In this document: piece by piece, positions 8,988-18,181 of the stretch
How positions within the stretch are numbered: position 1 is the stretch's first letter
How the letters are laid out: each line of letters starts with the position of its first letter
Assembly: GCA_016188495.1 (NCBI GenBank)
Contig: JACPHU010000013.1
Coordinates: 5,498-69,497 of the forward strand
Direction of reading: 5' to 3'
Length of the DNA stretch: 64,000 nt
Source of the DNA: Candidatus Uhrbacteria bacterium
Lineage (GTDB): Bacteria > Patescibacteriota > Patescibacteriia > UBA9934 > GWF2-40-263
Program-made: the position numbers and the translations under genes
Notes under the pieces: generated by a model
Told to the model about the DNA's origin: nothing
Seen by the model: the letters and a program-made list of their open reading frames with translations, nothing else
Databases searched by the model: none

Positions 8988-9946
8988 CTATTTCTCAACA
9001 GTTAACAAACATCGTCGGCAATCGAATGACAGAGAATGAACCCATGTCCAAGCATACGAATTTTCGTATTGGCGGTCCGGCAAAGTGGTTTGTCGAAGTA
9101 AGATCTCTTTCTGAACTTCAGGAAGTGTTGAACGTGGTTAAAAATCATCAACTCTCTTTTTTTGTGCTGGGAGGCGGATCCAATATTCTCGTGAGCGATC
9201 AGGGGTTTGACGGCGTTGTTGTGAAGATGGCGATGCGCACTTATGAAATTCAAGGAAATCGTGTCAGATCCGATGCTGGGGTTCTTGCGAGCGCTTTGGC
9301 ACGCGCGACGGCAACACACGGACTAAAAGGACTTGCGTGGGCAATTTCACTTCCTGGAACTGTTGGCGGGGGTGTGCGAGGGAACGCGGGTTGTTTTGGT
9401 GGCGAGATGAAAGATTGCCTTGTTAGTGCGGTGGTGCTTCGTGACGGAGAATTGATTGAACTCAAAAAAGAGGATTTAGCTTTTGGGTATCGTGAGTCTA
9501 TTATTAAGCACAGTCGCGATATTATCGTGTCTGCAACATTTGAGTTACAAGAAGGAGATCCCGTAGAATTGAAAATGGAATTAGACGATAAGCTTATGAA
9601 GCGTAAGAAGTCTCAACCATTGGACGCAGGATCTGCAGGATGTCTGTTTAAAAATTATGAGATAAAAAATGACGAAGAGGTGCAACGTCTTTCCTCTAAA
9701 CTCGATATACCTTCAGAGATGTGGTCAGCCCGGCGGATTTCCGCCGGCTGGCTCATCGACAATCTGGATCTTAAAGGTATGCAGATTGGTGGAGCAAAAA
9801 TCAGTGGACAACACGGAAATTTTGTCGTTAATACAGGTTCTGCTACGGCGGATGACGTAGTTCAATTAGTTGCCTTGGTAAAAACCCGTGCTCGCAATGA
9901 ATATGGTATTGTGTTGAAGGAGGAGGTTCAATACGTTGGCTTCTAA
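8984..9946 (+). CDS. murB: UDP-N-acetylenolpyruvoylglucosamine reductase
   Basis: IGGPA, GGGSN, PGTVGG..GNAG, SAGCLFKN and HGNF. Confidence 0.95.
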   Translation: MTISQQLTNIVGNRMTENEPMSKHTNFRIGGPAKWFVEVRSLSELQEVLNVVKNHQLSFFVLGGGSNILVSDQGFDGVVVKMAMRTYEIQGNRVRSDAGVLASALARATATHGLKGLAWAISLPGTVGGGVRGNAGCFGGEMKDCLVSAVVLRDGELIELKKEDLAFGYRESIIKHSRDIIVSATFELQEGDPVELKMELDDKLMKRKKSQPLDAGSAGCLFKNYEIKNDEEVQRLSSKLDIPSEMWSARRISAGWLIDNLDLKGMQIGGAKISGQHGNFVVNTGSATADDVVQLVALVKTRARNEYGIVLKEEVQYVGF

Positions 9947-10075
9947 AATTTTTCAAAAAATCGCGATCTTGCGGCTTACGGGCGCCCGTCGACTCCGCTC
10001 TCCCTATTGTGAATAGGGTTCGCGCAGCTCGACAGCCCGTGCACCGCAATCTCATCGATTTTTTGAAAAATTTTA
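9944..10075. other. ~130-nt structured hairpin element, copy 1 (candidate ncRNA or ssDNA/REP-like element)
   Basis: Perfect 20-bp terminal inverted repeat (9944-9963/10056-10075) enclosing nested stems; homologous to 30431-30559 with covariation. Confidence 0.75.
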
Positions 10076-10116
10076 ATTAAATAAGAATTCTGAAAAGTGA
10101 TAATTTATTAGTGTTT

Positions 10117-10464
10117 ATGCGTATTACTTCAATAAAAGGAACGAACATGCTTCTTACTGATGCCATTAAATCTCGTGTGACTTCACAAGCCGTTGCATTG
10201 GAAAAGTTAACAAAAGGTTTTGAACCTGCGGCAGAATTACGAGTAGAAGTTGGAAAATCAACAAAACATCATGTTAAAGGACCTTTTTATCTTGCAGAAT
10301 TTCAACTCCACGTTCCAGGAACGGAATTAAGAGCGTCTGTTTTGGAAGAGGATTTATATCACGCGATCTCTCAGGCTCGAGATCAAATACGACGACAGCT
10401 CAAGGGATACAAAGATAAATTAAAAGAGAAGAGTCAAAAAAAAGAACGACCAGGTAAAAAATAA
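10117..10464 (+). CDS. hpf: Ribosome hibernation promoting factor (HPF/RaiA, short form)
   Basis: N-terminal I.G.N..LTDAIK; EEDLYHAI..A.D.IRRQL..YKDK; lies upstream of secA. Confidence 0.85.
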   Translation: MRITSIKGTNMLLTDAIKSRVTSQAVALEKLTKGFEPAAELRVEVGKSTKHHVKGPFYLAEFQLHVPGTELRASVLEEDLYHAISQARDQIRRQLKGYKDKLKEKSQKKERPGKK

Positions 10465-10497
10465 AGAAACCTCGTCGAGTTTTCTAGAGGTTTCTAA

Positions 10498-10532
10498 AAT
10501 CAAACGACGGGGGAAATCCCCGTCGTTTGATT
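10498..10532 (+). terminator. Strong hairpin between hpf and secA
   Basis: AATCAAACGACGGGG-GAAAT-CCCCGTCGTTTGATT. Confidence 0.65.
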
Positions 10533-10564
10533 AATTCATCAAAAAAGAGGATAATCATGCCCGT

Positions 10565-13318
10565 ATGTCAAAGATTTTGAAGGTTCTTTTTGGGGACCCA
10601 AACAAGAAATTGCTTAACCAATTACAGAAAGAAGTTGAAAAAATAAATGCTTTTGAATCAAGCATTCAACCTCTTTCTGATGAAGCCCTAAAAGCAAAAA
10701 CACAGGAATTTAAGGTAAAACTTTCTCAAGGTGTTCTTTTGGACGACCTTCTTCATGAAGCGTTTGCTGTGGTACGCGAGACGGCTCGACGAACACTGGG
10801 GCAGCGCCATTATGATGTTCAGCTCATTGGGGGACTCGTGTTACATCGAGGTCAAATTGCTGAAATGCGTACAGGCGAAGGAAAAACATTAACTTCTACC
10901 TTGGCGTTATATACAAATGCCTTACGCGGACAAGGATGTCATCTTGTGACCGTAAACGACTATTTGGCCAGACGCGATGCGGTTTGGATGGGGCAAGTGT
11001 TTCATTTTCTTGGGCTCTCTGTCGCTTGCATTCAGCAAGATGGAGGGCTCTTGTATGACCCTTCTTTTAAACATAAAGAAGGCGGGGATGTTGAGCAAAA
11101 AGCAGATGAGGAACGTGATGAAACAGGGTCTTTTCATATTCGTGAAGATTATTTGCGTCCCTGCTCTCGTTCTGAGGCTTATGCCGCAGATATTACCTAC
11201 GGAACAAATAATCAATTCGGGTTTGATTATCTTCGTGACAACATGGCTCCTACGTTGGACCAGTGCGTAATGCGCGAACTACACTACGCGATTGTGGATG
11301 AAATCGATTCGATCTTGATTGATGAAGCGCGTACCCCTTTGATTATTTCTGCCGCGGCTGAGAAATCAAACGATCTTTACTATCGCTTTGCCCAAATCGT
11401 CAACGAACTCAACGAGAAAGAGCATTTTAATGTGGATGAAAAAATGCGAACCGCAACGTTGACCGAATCTGGGATCGAAAAAATTGAAAAAATGTTAGGC
11501 ATTGAAAATTTATACGCCATGGATCAAGGTCTCTATCAACGTTTTGCCGATACAGCTTTGCGCGCACGGGCAAACTATCAACGCGATGTCCATTACGTGG
11601 TTAAAAATGGAGAAGTGATTATCGTTGATGAATTTACCGGACGTTTAATGCCAGGTCGTCGATTTTCTGAAGGAATTCATCAAGCCATCGAAGCCAGAGA
11701 AGGCGTAGAGATAAAAAATGAAAGTCGAACCATGGCTACGATTACCTTCCAGAATTTATTTCGCATGTATCACAAATTGGGTGGAATGACAGGTACCGCT
11801 GCCACAGAAGCAGAGGAGTTTTCAAAAATTTATAATCTGGAAGTCGTAGAAATTCCAACCAACAAATCTGTGATCCGTGTGGATGCCCAAGATCGTGTTT
11901 ATAAAACAGAACTTGGTAAATTTTCCGCGCTTGTTAACGATATTCGAGAATATCAACAAAAAGGCCAGCCTGTATTGGTGGGAACAGTGAGTGTGGAAAA
12001 AAACGAACTTCTTTCCCAGTTGTTAACCAAGGCGGGGATTACTCACCAATTGCTCAACGCGAAGAACCATGTTCAAGAAGGGGAGATTATCGCACAGGCT
12101 GGACGCAAGGGGGCCGTTACCATTGCCACGAATATGGCAGGACGGGGAGTAGATATTAAGCTTGGAGGAAATCCTCCGGTCAAAGAAGAGGAAGACGAGG
12201 TAAAACGATTGGGGGGGCTTCATGTGATCGGAACTGAAAGACACGATTCACGCCGTATTGATAATCAGTTGCGGGGACGCTCCGGACGTCAAGGCGATCC
12301 TGGATATACGCAGTTCTATCTTTCTATGGAAGATGGATTGATGCGCATTTTCGGATCAGACCGTGCCAAAGGCATGATGGATCGATTAGGCATACCCGAC
12401 GACATGCCTATTGAAAATAGTTTTATTACTGGTTCTATTGAGAAAGCTCAAACGCGTGTGGAGGGCCATCATTTCGATGCACGTAAGCACCTGTTGGAAT
12501 ATGACGACGTGCTAAACAAACATCGCGAAGTGATTTACGCTCGTCGTCGAGAGATTTTAGAAACGTTTTCCAAAGAACCAGAAAAAATGCGAGACCGTAT
12601 TTTGGACGTGATTGAAGGTGAGATTGAACAGATTGTTCTTTTTCATTCTTCTGAAAATGGAACAGACGGAACGTGGAATCTTAAGGAGATTATTGAAACG
12701 GTTAATGCTATTGTCGCTTTGTCAGAAGAAGAAATGGCTGATTTTAAACAGATGGGTTTGACGATCAAACAAGACAAAGAGCACTTAGCACAGCTTCGTA
12801 CTCAAGTGATTGTAAAAATCATGGAAAGTATCCGAGCTCATTACGATGCTCTTTATGATGTATTTGAGGATCGTAAGAGTGTATATAACATTGAACGTGG
12901 AGTTCTTTTGCGGGCTATCGATATGCTTTGGGTAGATCACTTAGCAGCGATGGGAGCTCTTCGTACAGGCATTGGTTTGCAAGGATACGGACAACGCGAT
13001 CCATTGATTGAATACAAGAAAGAAGGCTTCAACATGTTTCAGCATTTGCTTGGATCGATTAACAACGAAGTCACCAACACCTTCTTTAAGTACGCCAAAC
13101 ATGCGGTGGACATGAAAGTTCAGGTTGATTTGGGCAAGTCCCTTTTTCAAAAAGCGGGTATTACCCTTCAAGGTCCAGCAAAGACCAGTAGTGGTGATAA
13201 GGAAAAATCCGTAACAATAACTACGGAACCTTCTCAATCAGACGAATCAAAAATTGGCCGTAACGATCCCTGTTTTTGTGGATCGGGAAAGAAGTATAAA
13301 AAGTGTCATGGGAAATAG
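10565..13318 (+). CDS. secA: Preprotein translocase ATPase SecA
   Basis: MRTGEGKT, DEIDSILIDEARTPLIIS, QLRGRSGRQGDPG and a C-terminal SEC-C motif. Confidence 0.99.
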   Translation: MSKILKVLFGDPNKKLLNQLQKEVEKINAFESSIQPLSDEALKAKTQEFKVKLSQGVLLDDLLHEAFAVVRETARRTLGQRHYDVQLIGGLVLHRGQIAEMRTGEGKTLTSTLALYTNALRGQGCHLVTVNDYLARRDAVWMGQVFHFLGLSVACIQQDGGLLYDPSFKHKEGGDVEQKADEERDETGSFHIREDYLRPCSRSEAYAADITYGTNNQFGFDYLRDNMAPTLDQCVMRELHYAIVDEIDSILIDEARTPLIISAAAEKSNDLYYRFAQIVNELNEKEHFNVDEKMRTATLTESGIEKIEKMLGIENLYAMDQGLYQRFADTALRARANYQRDVHYVVKNGEVIIVDEFTGRLMPGRRFSEGIHQAIEAREGVEIKNESRTMATITFQNLFRMYHKLGGMTGTAATEAEEFSKIYNLEVVEIPTNKSVIRVDAQDRVYKTELGKFSALVNDIREYQQKGQPVLVGTVSVEKNELLSQLLTKAGITHQLLNAKNHVQEGEIIAQAGRKGAVTIATNMAGRGVDIKLGGNPPVKEEEDEVKRLGGLHVIGTERHDSRRIDNQLRGRSGRQGDPGYTQFYLSMEDGLMRIFGSDRAKGMMDRLGIPDDMPIENSFITGSIEKAQTRVEGHHFDARKHLLEYDDVLNKHREVIYARRREILETFSKEPEKMRDRILDVIEGEIEQIVLFHSSENGTDGTWNLKEIIETVNAIVALSEEEMADFKQMGLTIKQDKEHLAQLRTQVIVKIMESIRAHYDALYDVFEDRKSVYNIERGVLLRAIDMLWVDHLAAMGALRTGIGLQGYGQRDPLIEYKKEGFNMFQHLLGSINNEVTNTFFKYAKHAVDMKVQVDLGKSLFQKAGITLQGPAKTSSGDKEKSVTITTEPSQSDESKIGRNDPCFCGSGKKYKKCHGK

Positions 13319-13326
13319 TGCTACAT

Positions 13327-13851
13327 ATGAACATTCGTGTCGGATCTCTAAATAAAATAAAAGTTGAAGCGGTGCGGGAGTTATTACAAGATTATCCTCA
13401 TCTTGCTTCTTTTACCGTGGAAGGTGTTTCTGTTGAATCTGCTGTATCTGCCCAACCAAAAACATTAGAGGAGACTATTCAAGGAGCGATGCATCGAGCT
13501 CAAGCTGTTTTTGAAAATTGTACCTACAGTTTTGGAATCGAGTCTGGACTCATGGCTGTTCCTTATACAAAGACCGGATTTATGGATGTGTGTGTTTGTG
13601 TCATTTATAACGGCAAAGATTATTATTTAGGCTTATCTTCTGCTTGGGAAGTTCCACAACCGGTTACCAGATTGATTATGGAAGAAGGACTAGATATGAA
13701 TGATGCGGCAATGAGAGCTGGATATACAACAAACTCCAATATTGGTTCTGATCAAGGTTTGATTGGAATCGTGACAAAAGGACGCCTGGATCGTAAGACA
13801 TATACAAAAGAGGCGATTCGTACTGCCTTGATTCATTTAGAAACATCCTAA
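13327..13851 (+). CDS. yjjX: Inosine/xanthosine triphosphatase (YjjX/DUF84)
   Basis: VGSLNKIKVEAV, SAVSAQP, ETIQGAMHRA, GIESG and GLIGIVTKG..DR. Confidence 0.85.
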   Translation: MNIRVGSLNKIKVEAVRELLQDYPHLASFTVEGVSVESAVSAQPKTLEETIQGAMHRAQAVFENCTYSFGIESGLMAVPYTKTGFMDVCVCVIYNGKDYYLGLSSAWEVPQPVTRLIMEEGLDMNDAAMRAGYTTNSNIGSDQGLIGIVTKGRLDRKTYTKEAIRTALIHLETS

Positions 13852-13904
13852 ATTTGTTTTCATTATTAACCGCCTTCGGGCGGTTTTGTGATACGATTCT
13901 TTCT

Positions 13905-14369
13905 ATGAAAACTATCCTGACCCTTTGTCTTATTTATCAACATCCAAGAATTCTTCTTGGAATGAAGAAACGAGGATTTGGTGTTGGAAAATGGAATGGG
14001 TTTGGTGGAAAGGTATTGCCAACAGAAACAATAGAAGACTCTGTGCGAAGAGAAGTACAAGAAGAAGCGGGGATACGGGTTAAAGATTTAACTAAAGTAG
14101 GGATTTTAGATTTTATTTTTACCGATCGCACCGAAGTATTAGAGGTTCATGTTTTTAAATCTGAAGAATTTTTAGGGATAATAACAGAAAGTGAAGAGAT
14201 GAAACCTCAGTGGTTTCACATAAAGAACATTCCATTTGATGAAATGTGGTCAGATGATCGATTTTGGATGCCGCTTTTTTTGAGTGGAAAGAAATTTAAA
14301 GGTGTGTTTTCTTTTGGAGAGTCTGATACTCTTCTTGAACAAGAATTAGTTGAAGTTGAGGAATGGTAA
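13905..14369 (+). CDS. Nudix hydrolase, MTH1/NUDT1-like oxidised purine NTP hydrolase
   Basis: LLGMKKRGFGVGKWNGFGGKV..RE..EE, ESEEMKPQWF and MWSDD..W. Confidence 0.9.
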   Translation: MKTILTLCLIYQHPRILLGMKKRGFGVGKWNGFGGKVLPTETIEDSVRREVQEEAGIRVKDLTKVGILDFIFTDRTEVLEVHVFKSEEFLGIITESEEMKPQWFHIKNIPFDEMWSDDRFWMPLFLSGKKFKGVFSFGESDTLLEQELVEVEEW

Positions 14370-14400
14370 ATTTTTTCTGTGGCATTGAGAAAATGAAACT

Positions 14401-14616
14401 ATGTTTAAACTAGGAATATATAGGCATTATAAAGGAAACGAATACGAGGTGATCGGTGTTGCCACACACAGCGAAACATTGGAAGCATTGGTTGTCTACC
14501 GAGCTTTGTATGGCAATCACGGTTTATGGGTTCGTCCATTGAAGATGTTTGTTGAGACAGTGGAAATAGATGGAAAAATAAGGGACAGATTTGAATATAG
14601 AGGTGATCGTGTTTAA
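14401..14616 (+). CDS. DUF1653-family small protein
   Basis: YRHYKG..YEV..VA.HSET.E.LVVYRALYG..GLWVRP..MF. Confidence 0.85.
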   Translation: MFKLGIYRHYKGNEYEVIGVATHSETLEALVVYRALYGNHGLWVRPLKMFVETVEIDGKIRDRFEYRGDRV

Positions 14617-14636
14617 ACCAAATTTTTTCAATAAGT

Positions 14637-15260
14637 ATGTTCGAACACTCACGTGAAAATCATGAAATATCTCATCGTATTGATTGGAATACCGTTCTTA
14701 GACAATGGCAGGAGGGCGAGGAAAAACAATGGGAGCAACTTATTCGCGAACGCGGATTTTCTTCTTGGTGGGAGTGGCGTAAAAGTTATGTCAAAGAGTT
14801 AGATCTTGAACAACGTGAATGGCGTGAAGAGATAATAATGAAACCGCATGATGTCATTCCTGATCTGGTATTAGGGGGATTCCGTGGATGGAAGCAGTAC
14901 CGCCCTGCTGATAAGGACCTTGTTACGTTTAGAGAAATGGTTTCCCCTGTCGTTTCTGGAGAAGTTTCCTATGCCCAAACTTCTCGTGTGGACATGAGAA
15001 CAAATTCAAGAGTTATGAGTTTAGTTGGAAATCTTACGGATACCTCTCTTCTTGTTTTACGATCTTCTGATTTTTCTGTTGTTCTTGATGGAACACATCG
15101 TTGCGCGGCGACAGCTATCGAAGTCGTAGATACTTTTTTACAGCCTTCTTCGTTTGTTGCCCGATTGCGTACATGCCAATTTTCTGAATCAGAAAGAGAA
15201 TTACTCGAAGCCTTTGCTCGAGATCGTGAAATAGTGATTAAGAAAGAGAATAAAGCTTAA
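14637..15260 (+). CDS. Hypothetical protein with a ParB/Srx-like DGxHR motif
   Basis: 207-aa ORF containing VLDGTHRCAA. Confidence 0.55.
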   Translation: MFEHSRENHEISHRIDWNTVLRQWQEGEEKQWEQLIRERGFSSWWEWRKSYVKELDLEQREWREEIIMKPHDVIPDLVLGGFRGWKQYRPADKDLVTFREMVSPVVSGEVSYAQTSRVDMRTNSRVMSLVGNLTDTSLLVLRSSDFSVVLDGTHRCAATAIEVVDTFLQPSSFVARLRTCQFSESERELLEAFARDREIVIKKENKA

Positions 15261-15335
15261 AGAAAAAATCGCCCTGTTGGGAAGGCGATTCACGTGAGAC
15301 TCTCCAGTATCAATATCCGTGATTGGGAAAAAATG

Positions 15336-15596
15336 TTATTTACGATTAAGTGCGAAGAATTTTTCTTCTTCCAAGAGCTGGACGAGCTGCTCTTGGGTGA
15401 TGTATTGATTCATTGTGCGCGTTCCGTTCTTGACCTCTTCCATGACTTTTTGAAGAATAACAATCTCTTCGTCATCTTTACACACATTTAAGTAAGCTTC
15501 TGCTTTATGATAGAAAGTAATCGAAGCAGCTGTCTTACCGATTTCCCACTCCATTCCTGGTGGTGGATTGGTGCCTGTAACGCGTTTGTGACCCAT
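15336..15596 (-). CDS. Hypothetical protein
   Basis: 86-aa ORF with GGGAG SD that fills the gap. Confidence 0.55.
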   Translation of the reverse strand: MGHKRVTGTNPPPGMEWEIGKTAASITFYHKAEAYLNVCKDDEEIVILQKVMEEVKNGTRTMNQYITQEQLVQLLEEEKFFALNRK

Positions 15597-15639
15597 GAGC
15601 TCACTCCCAAAATGTTAGGGGTTCATGTATTGAACGTGT

Positions 15640-16047
15640 ATGCACAGTAAAAAAACAAACGGAAAAAGTCAATTTATGCTATTGCGTCCTATTGATAAAC
15701 AGGGTTTGTTTCTTTGGTTTGTGTTTTCTTTTGTTTTTGCGCTTATTTTGAGATTCAGTTTTCATGTTCAAATATTTTTTTCTGTTTTGTTCGGTATTAA
15801 TGTTTCAACTTTTTTGGTGATGTTTATTGATAAGATTCAAGCGCAACAGTCAGGAGGACGTAGGTTATCTGAACGTTCGCTCTATTTCATGACTTTTTTG
15901 GGAGGATCCTTAGGCATGATTTGCGCGATGTACGTCTTGCGTCATAAAAATCGTAAATGGTCGTTTCAGGTGATTATTTGGTTACTCGTTTTTCTTCAAT
16001 TTTTGGCCCTTTTCTTTTTCTCTGCTCCTTCTATTCCTTCTTTTTAA
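15640..16047 (+). CDS. DUF1294-family membrane protein
   Basis: F...DK..A....RRLSE..L....FLGGSLG...AM..LRHKNRK.SF. Confidence 0.8.
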   Translation: MHSKKTNGKSQFMLLRPIDKQGLFLWFVFSFVFALILRFSFHVQIFFSVLFGINVSTFLVMFIDKIQAQQSGGRRLSERSLYFMTFLGGSLGMICAMYVLRHKNRKWSFQVIIWLLVFLQFLALFFFSAPSIPSF

Positions 16048-16122
16048 TTTTCTCTCACGTATTTGTCCACTTGCGATAGGGAGTAGAATCGCTTAAACTA
16101 GCGCCGATTTATCAACGTCTTT

Positions 16123-18180
16123 ATGCAAACCTGGAAATTAAAGAAGAAGGTTAAAAAAATAGAGAGAAAAACATGGAAAACAAGACTTGTTGCCGTGTTT
16201 CTTCTGGTCACAACCATTGCCATCGGTTTTTACGATTTTCCTGGAATCTGGAATCAAACAGGACAATATGTTCAGGCGAAAACAGGTTGGTTACCACCTA
16301 CTCTTACGGAAAAGTCATTTCGGTTAGGTCTTGATCTTCAAGGTGGAACGCACCTTGTCTATGAAGCCGATATGTCTGAAATTCCAGAAGAAGACCGTGT
16401 AGACGCTCTGCAGGGAGTTCGCGATGTGATTGAACGTCGAGTGAATGCGTTTGGTGTTTCAGAACCTGTTATTCAGACAACAACATCTGGAGGAACCTAT
16501 CGTCTTATCATAGATCTTGCTGGTGTGATGGACGTTTCACAAGCGATTACTCTTATTGGAGAAACTCCTGTATTGGAATTTAAAGAACCTGGACAGGAAG
16601 CCCAGCGTGATCCAACTCCAGAAGAGTTGAGTCAGCTTGAAACGGCTAATACGCAAGAACGAGCAAAGGCGCAGGAAGTTCTTACTCGAGCATTATCTGG
16701 AGAAGATTTTAATGCTCTTGTTTCAGAATTCAGTATTGATGAAAATAAAGAGGAGACTCAAGGAATCATTAAAGACATTACGGGAGATTCGTATTACAGC
16801 GAATATGCCGCATTAATCCAACAAAGAGGTGTTCAACCAGGACAACTCAACAGTAATTTGATTGAGGGGGATGACGGAATCAGTATTTTTAAATATACCG
16901 CTCCAGCAGAAGTGACAGAAATGTTGCTTTCTCACATCCTGATCTGTTTTGAAGGAAAGAAAGGGTGTGCCAGTCAAACACCGGCCTTGGACGCTTCTAT
17001 TCAAATAGGGAATCTTAAAGATCAAGCAACTCCGGAAAATTTTTCTGAATTGGCAAAAACCTATTCCACAGATCCGTCCGCTCTTTCTAACGGAGGGGAT
17101 CTTGGATGGGGAACCGCTACCGATTACGTTGCTTCTTTCAGTCTTGCAGCCGGAGCTCTTCCTGTGGGAGGAATTTCAGATGCTGTTGAGACAGAATACG
17201 GATATCACTTGATCTACAAAGCAGATCAGCGAACAGTGCCCGCCTACACGATTCAGCGTATTTTAATGCCTTTGACCGATATTTCAGATATCGTTCCTCC
17301 TCCTTCCGTTTGGGTCAATACGCAACTTTCTGGAAAAAATCTTGAACGTGCCGCTGTTGAATTTGATCCAAACTCAGGTCAACCCTATGTCGGTCTTACC
17401 TTTGATACAGAAGGAGGAGAACTTTTTGGAGCATTGACCGAGAGTCATGTAGGACAACCGATCGCGATCTTTTTAGATGGAGCCTCCATCTCAACTCCTC
17501 TTGTGCAGCAGGCTATTTATGGAGGACGTGCGGTGATTACAGGAGATTTTACCGTAGATGAAGCAAAGCTTCTTGCCCAACGTCTTAATGCCGGAGCTCT
17601 TCCTGTTCCTGTTGAGCTTTTATCTCAACAAACCGTTGGACCAACATTAGGGGCTATCTCTCTTGAAAAGAGTATTCATGCCGCTTTATTCGGATTTCTA
17701 TTGGTGGCTCTCTACATGATGATTGTTTATCGTCTACCAGGATTTATTTCTGTTGTGGCCTTAGTCTTGTTTGCCTTTCTAAACTTGTTGGCTTATCGCT
17801 TGTTTGGAGTGACGATTACTCTGGCTGGGATTGCTGGTCTGGTTCTTTCTTTGGGGGTAGCAGTGGATGCGAACGTTTTGATTATCGAACGGTTTAAAGA
17901 GGAATTTGCTTCTGGTCGAGATTTTCATTCATCTATCGATGAAGCATTTAAACGTGCATGGACGGCGATCAGAGATGGAAACATGACGACTCTTATTTCT
18001 TCGGTCATCTTGTATTGGTTTAGTTCCAGCTTTATTCGCGGTTTCGGTCTTACTCTTTCTTTGGGTGTCTTGCTGAGTATGTTTACCGCCATCATCGTAA
18101 CAAGAATTTATTTAACGACTGTTCTTGATTGGAAGGGTATTCGTAAACCATTTCTTTTTGGAATCAAAAAACGATCATAG
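16123..18180 (+). CDS. secD: Protein translocase subunit SecD with an inserted parvulin-type PPIase domain
   Basis: LGLDLQGG, RRVNAFGVSEP, LNAGALP and DANVLIIER; insert contains SHIL..F..LAKTYSTD....NGGDLGW...ISDAVETEYGYHLI. Confidence 0.95.
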   Translation: MQTWKLKKKVKKIERKTWKTRLVAVFLLVTTIAIGFYDFPGIWNQTGQYVQAKTGWLPPTLTEKSFRLGLDLQGGTHLVYEADMSEIPEEDRVDALQGVRDVIERRVNAFGVSEPVIQTTTSGGTYRLIIDLAGVMDVSQAITLIGETPVLEFKEPGQEAQRDPTPEELSQLETANTQERAKAQEVLTRALSGEDFNALVSEFSIDENKEETQGIIKDITGDSYYSEYAALIQQRGVQPGQLNSNLIEGDDGISIFKYTAPAEVTEMLLSHILICFEGKKGCASQTPALDASIQIGNLKDQATPENFSELAKTYSTDPSALSNGGDLGWGTATDYVASFSLAAGALPVGGISDAVETEYGYHLIYKADQRTVPAYTIQRILMPLTDISDIVPPPSVWVNTQLSGKNLERAAVEFDPNSGQPYVGLTFDTEGGELFGALTESHVGQPIAIFLDGASISTPLVQQAIYGGRAVITGDFTVDEAKLLAQRLNAGALPVPVELLSQQTVGPTLGAISLEKSIHAALFGFLLVALYMMIVYRLPGFISVVALVLFAFLNLLAYRLFGVTITLAGIAGLVLSLGVAVDANVLIIERFKEEFASGRDFHSSIDEAFKRAWTAIRDGNMTTLISSVILYWFSSSFIRGFGLTLSLGVLLSMFTAIIVTRIYLTTVLDWKGIRKPFLFGIKKRS

Positions 18181-18181
18181 T

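Noticed and set aside
9944-10075. Reading as a simple terminator, tRNA, SRP or 6S RNA
   Set aside because: Too long and multi-stemmed for a terminator; no cloverleaf, SRP loop motif or large central bubble; a second diverged copy exists.
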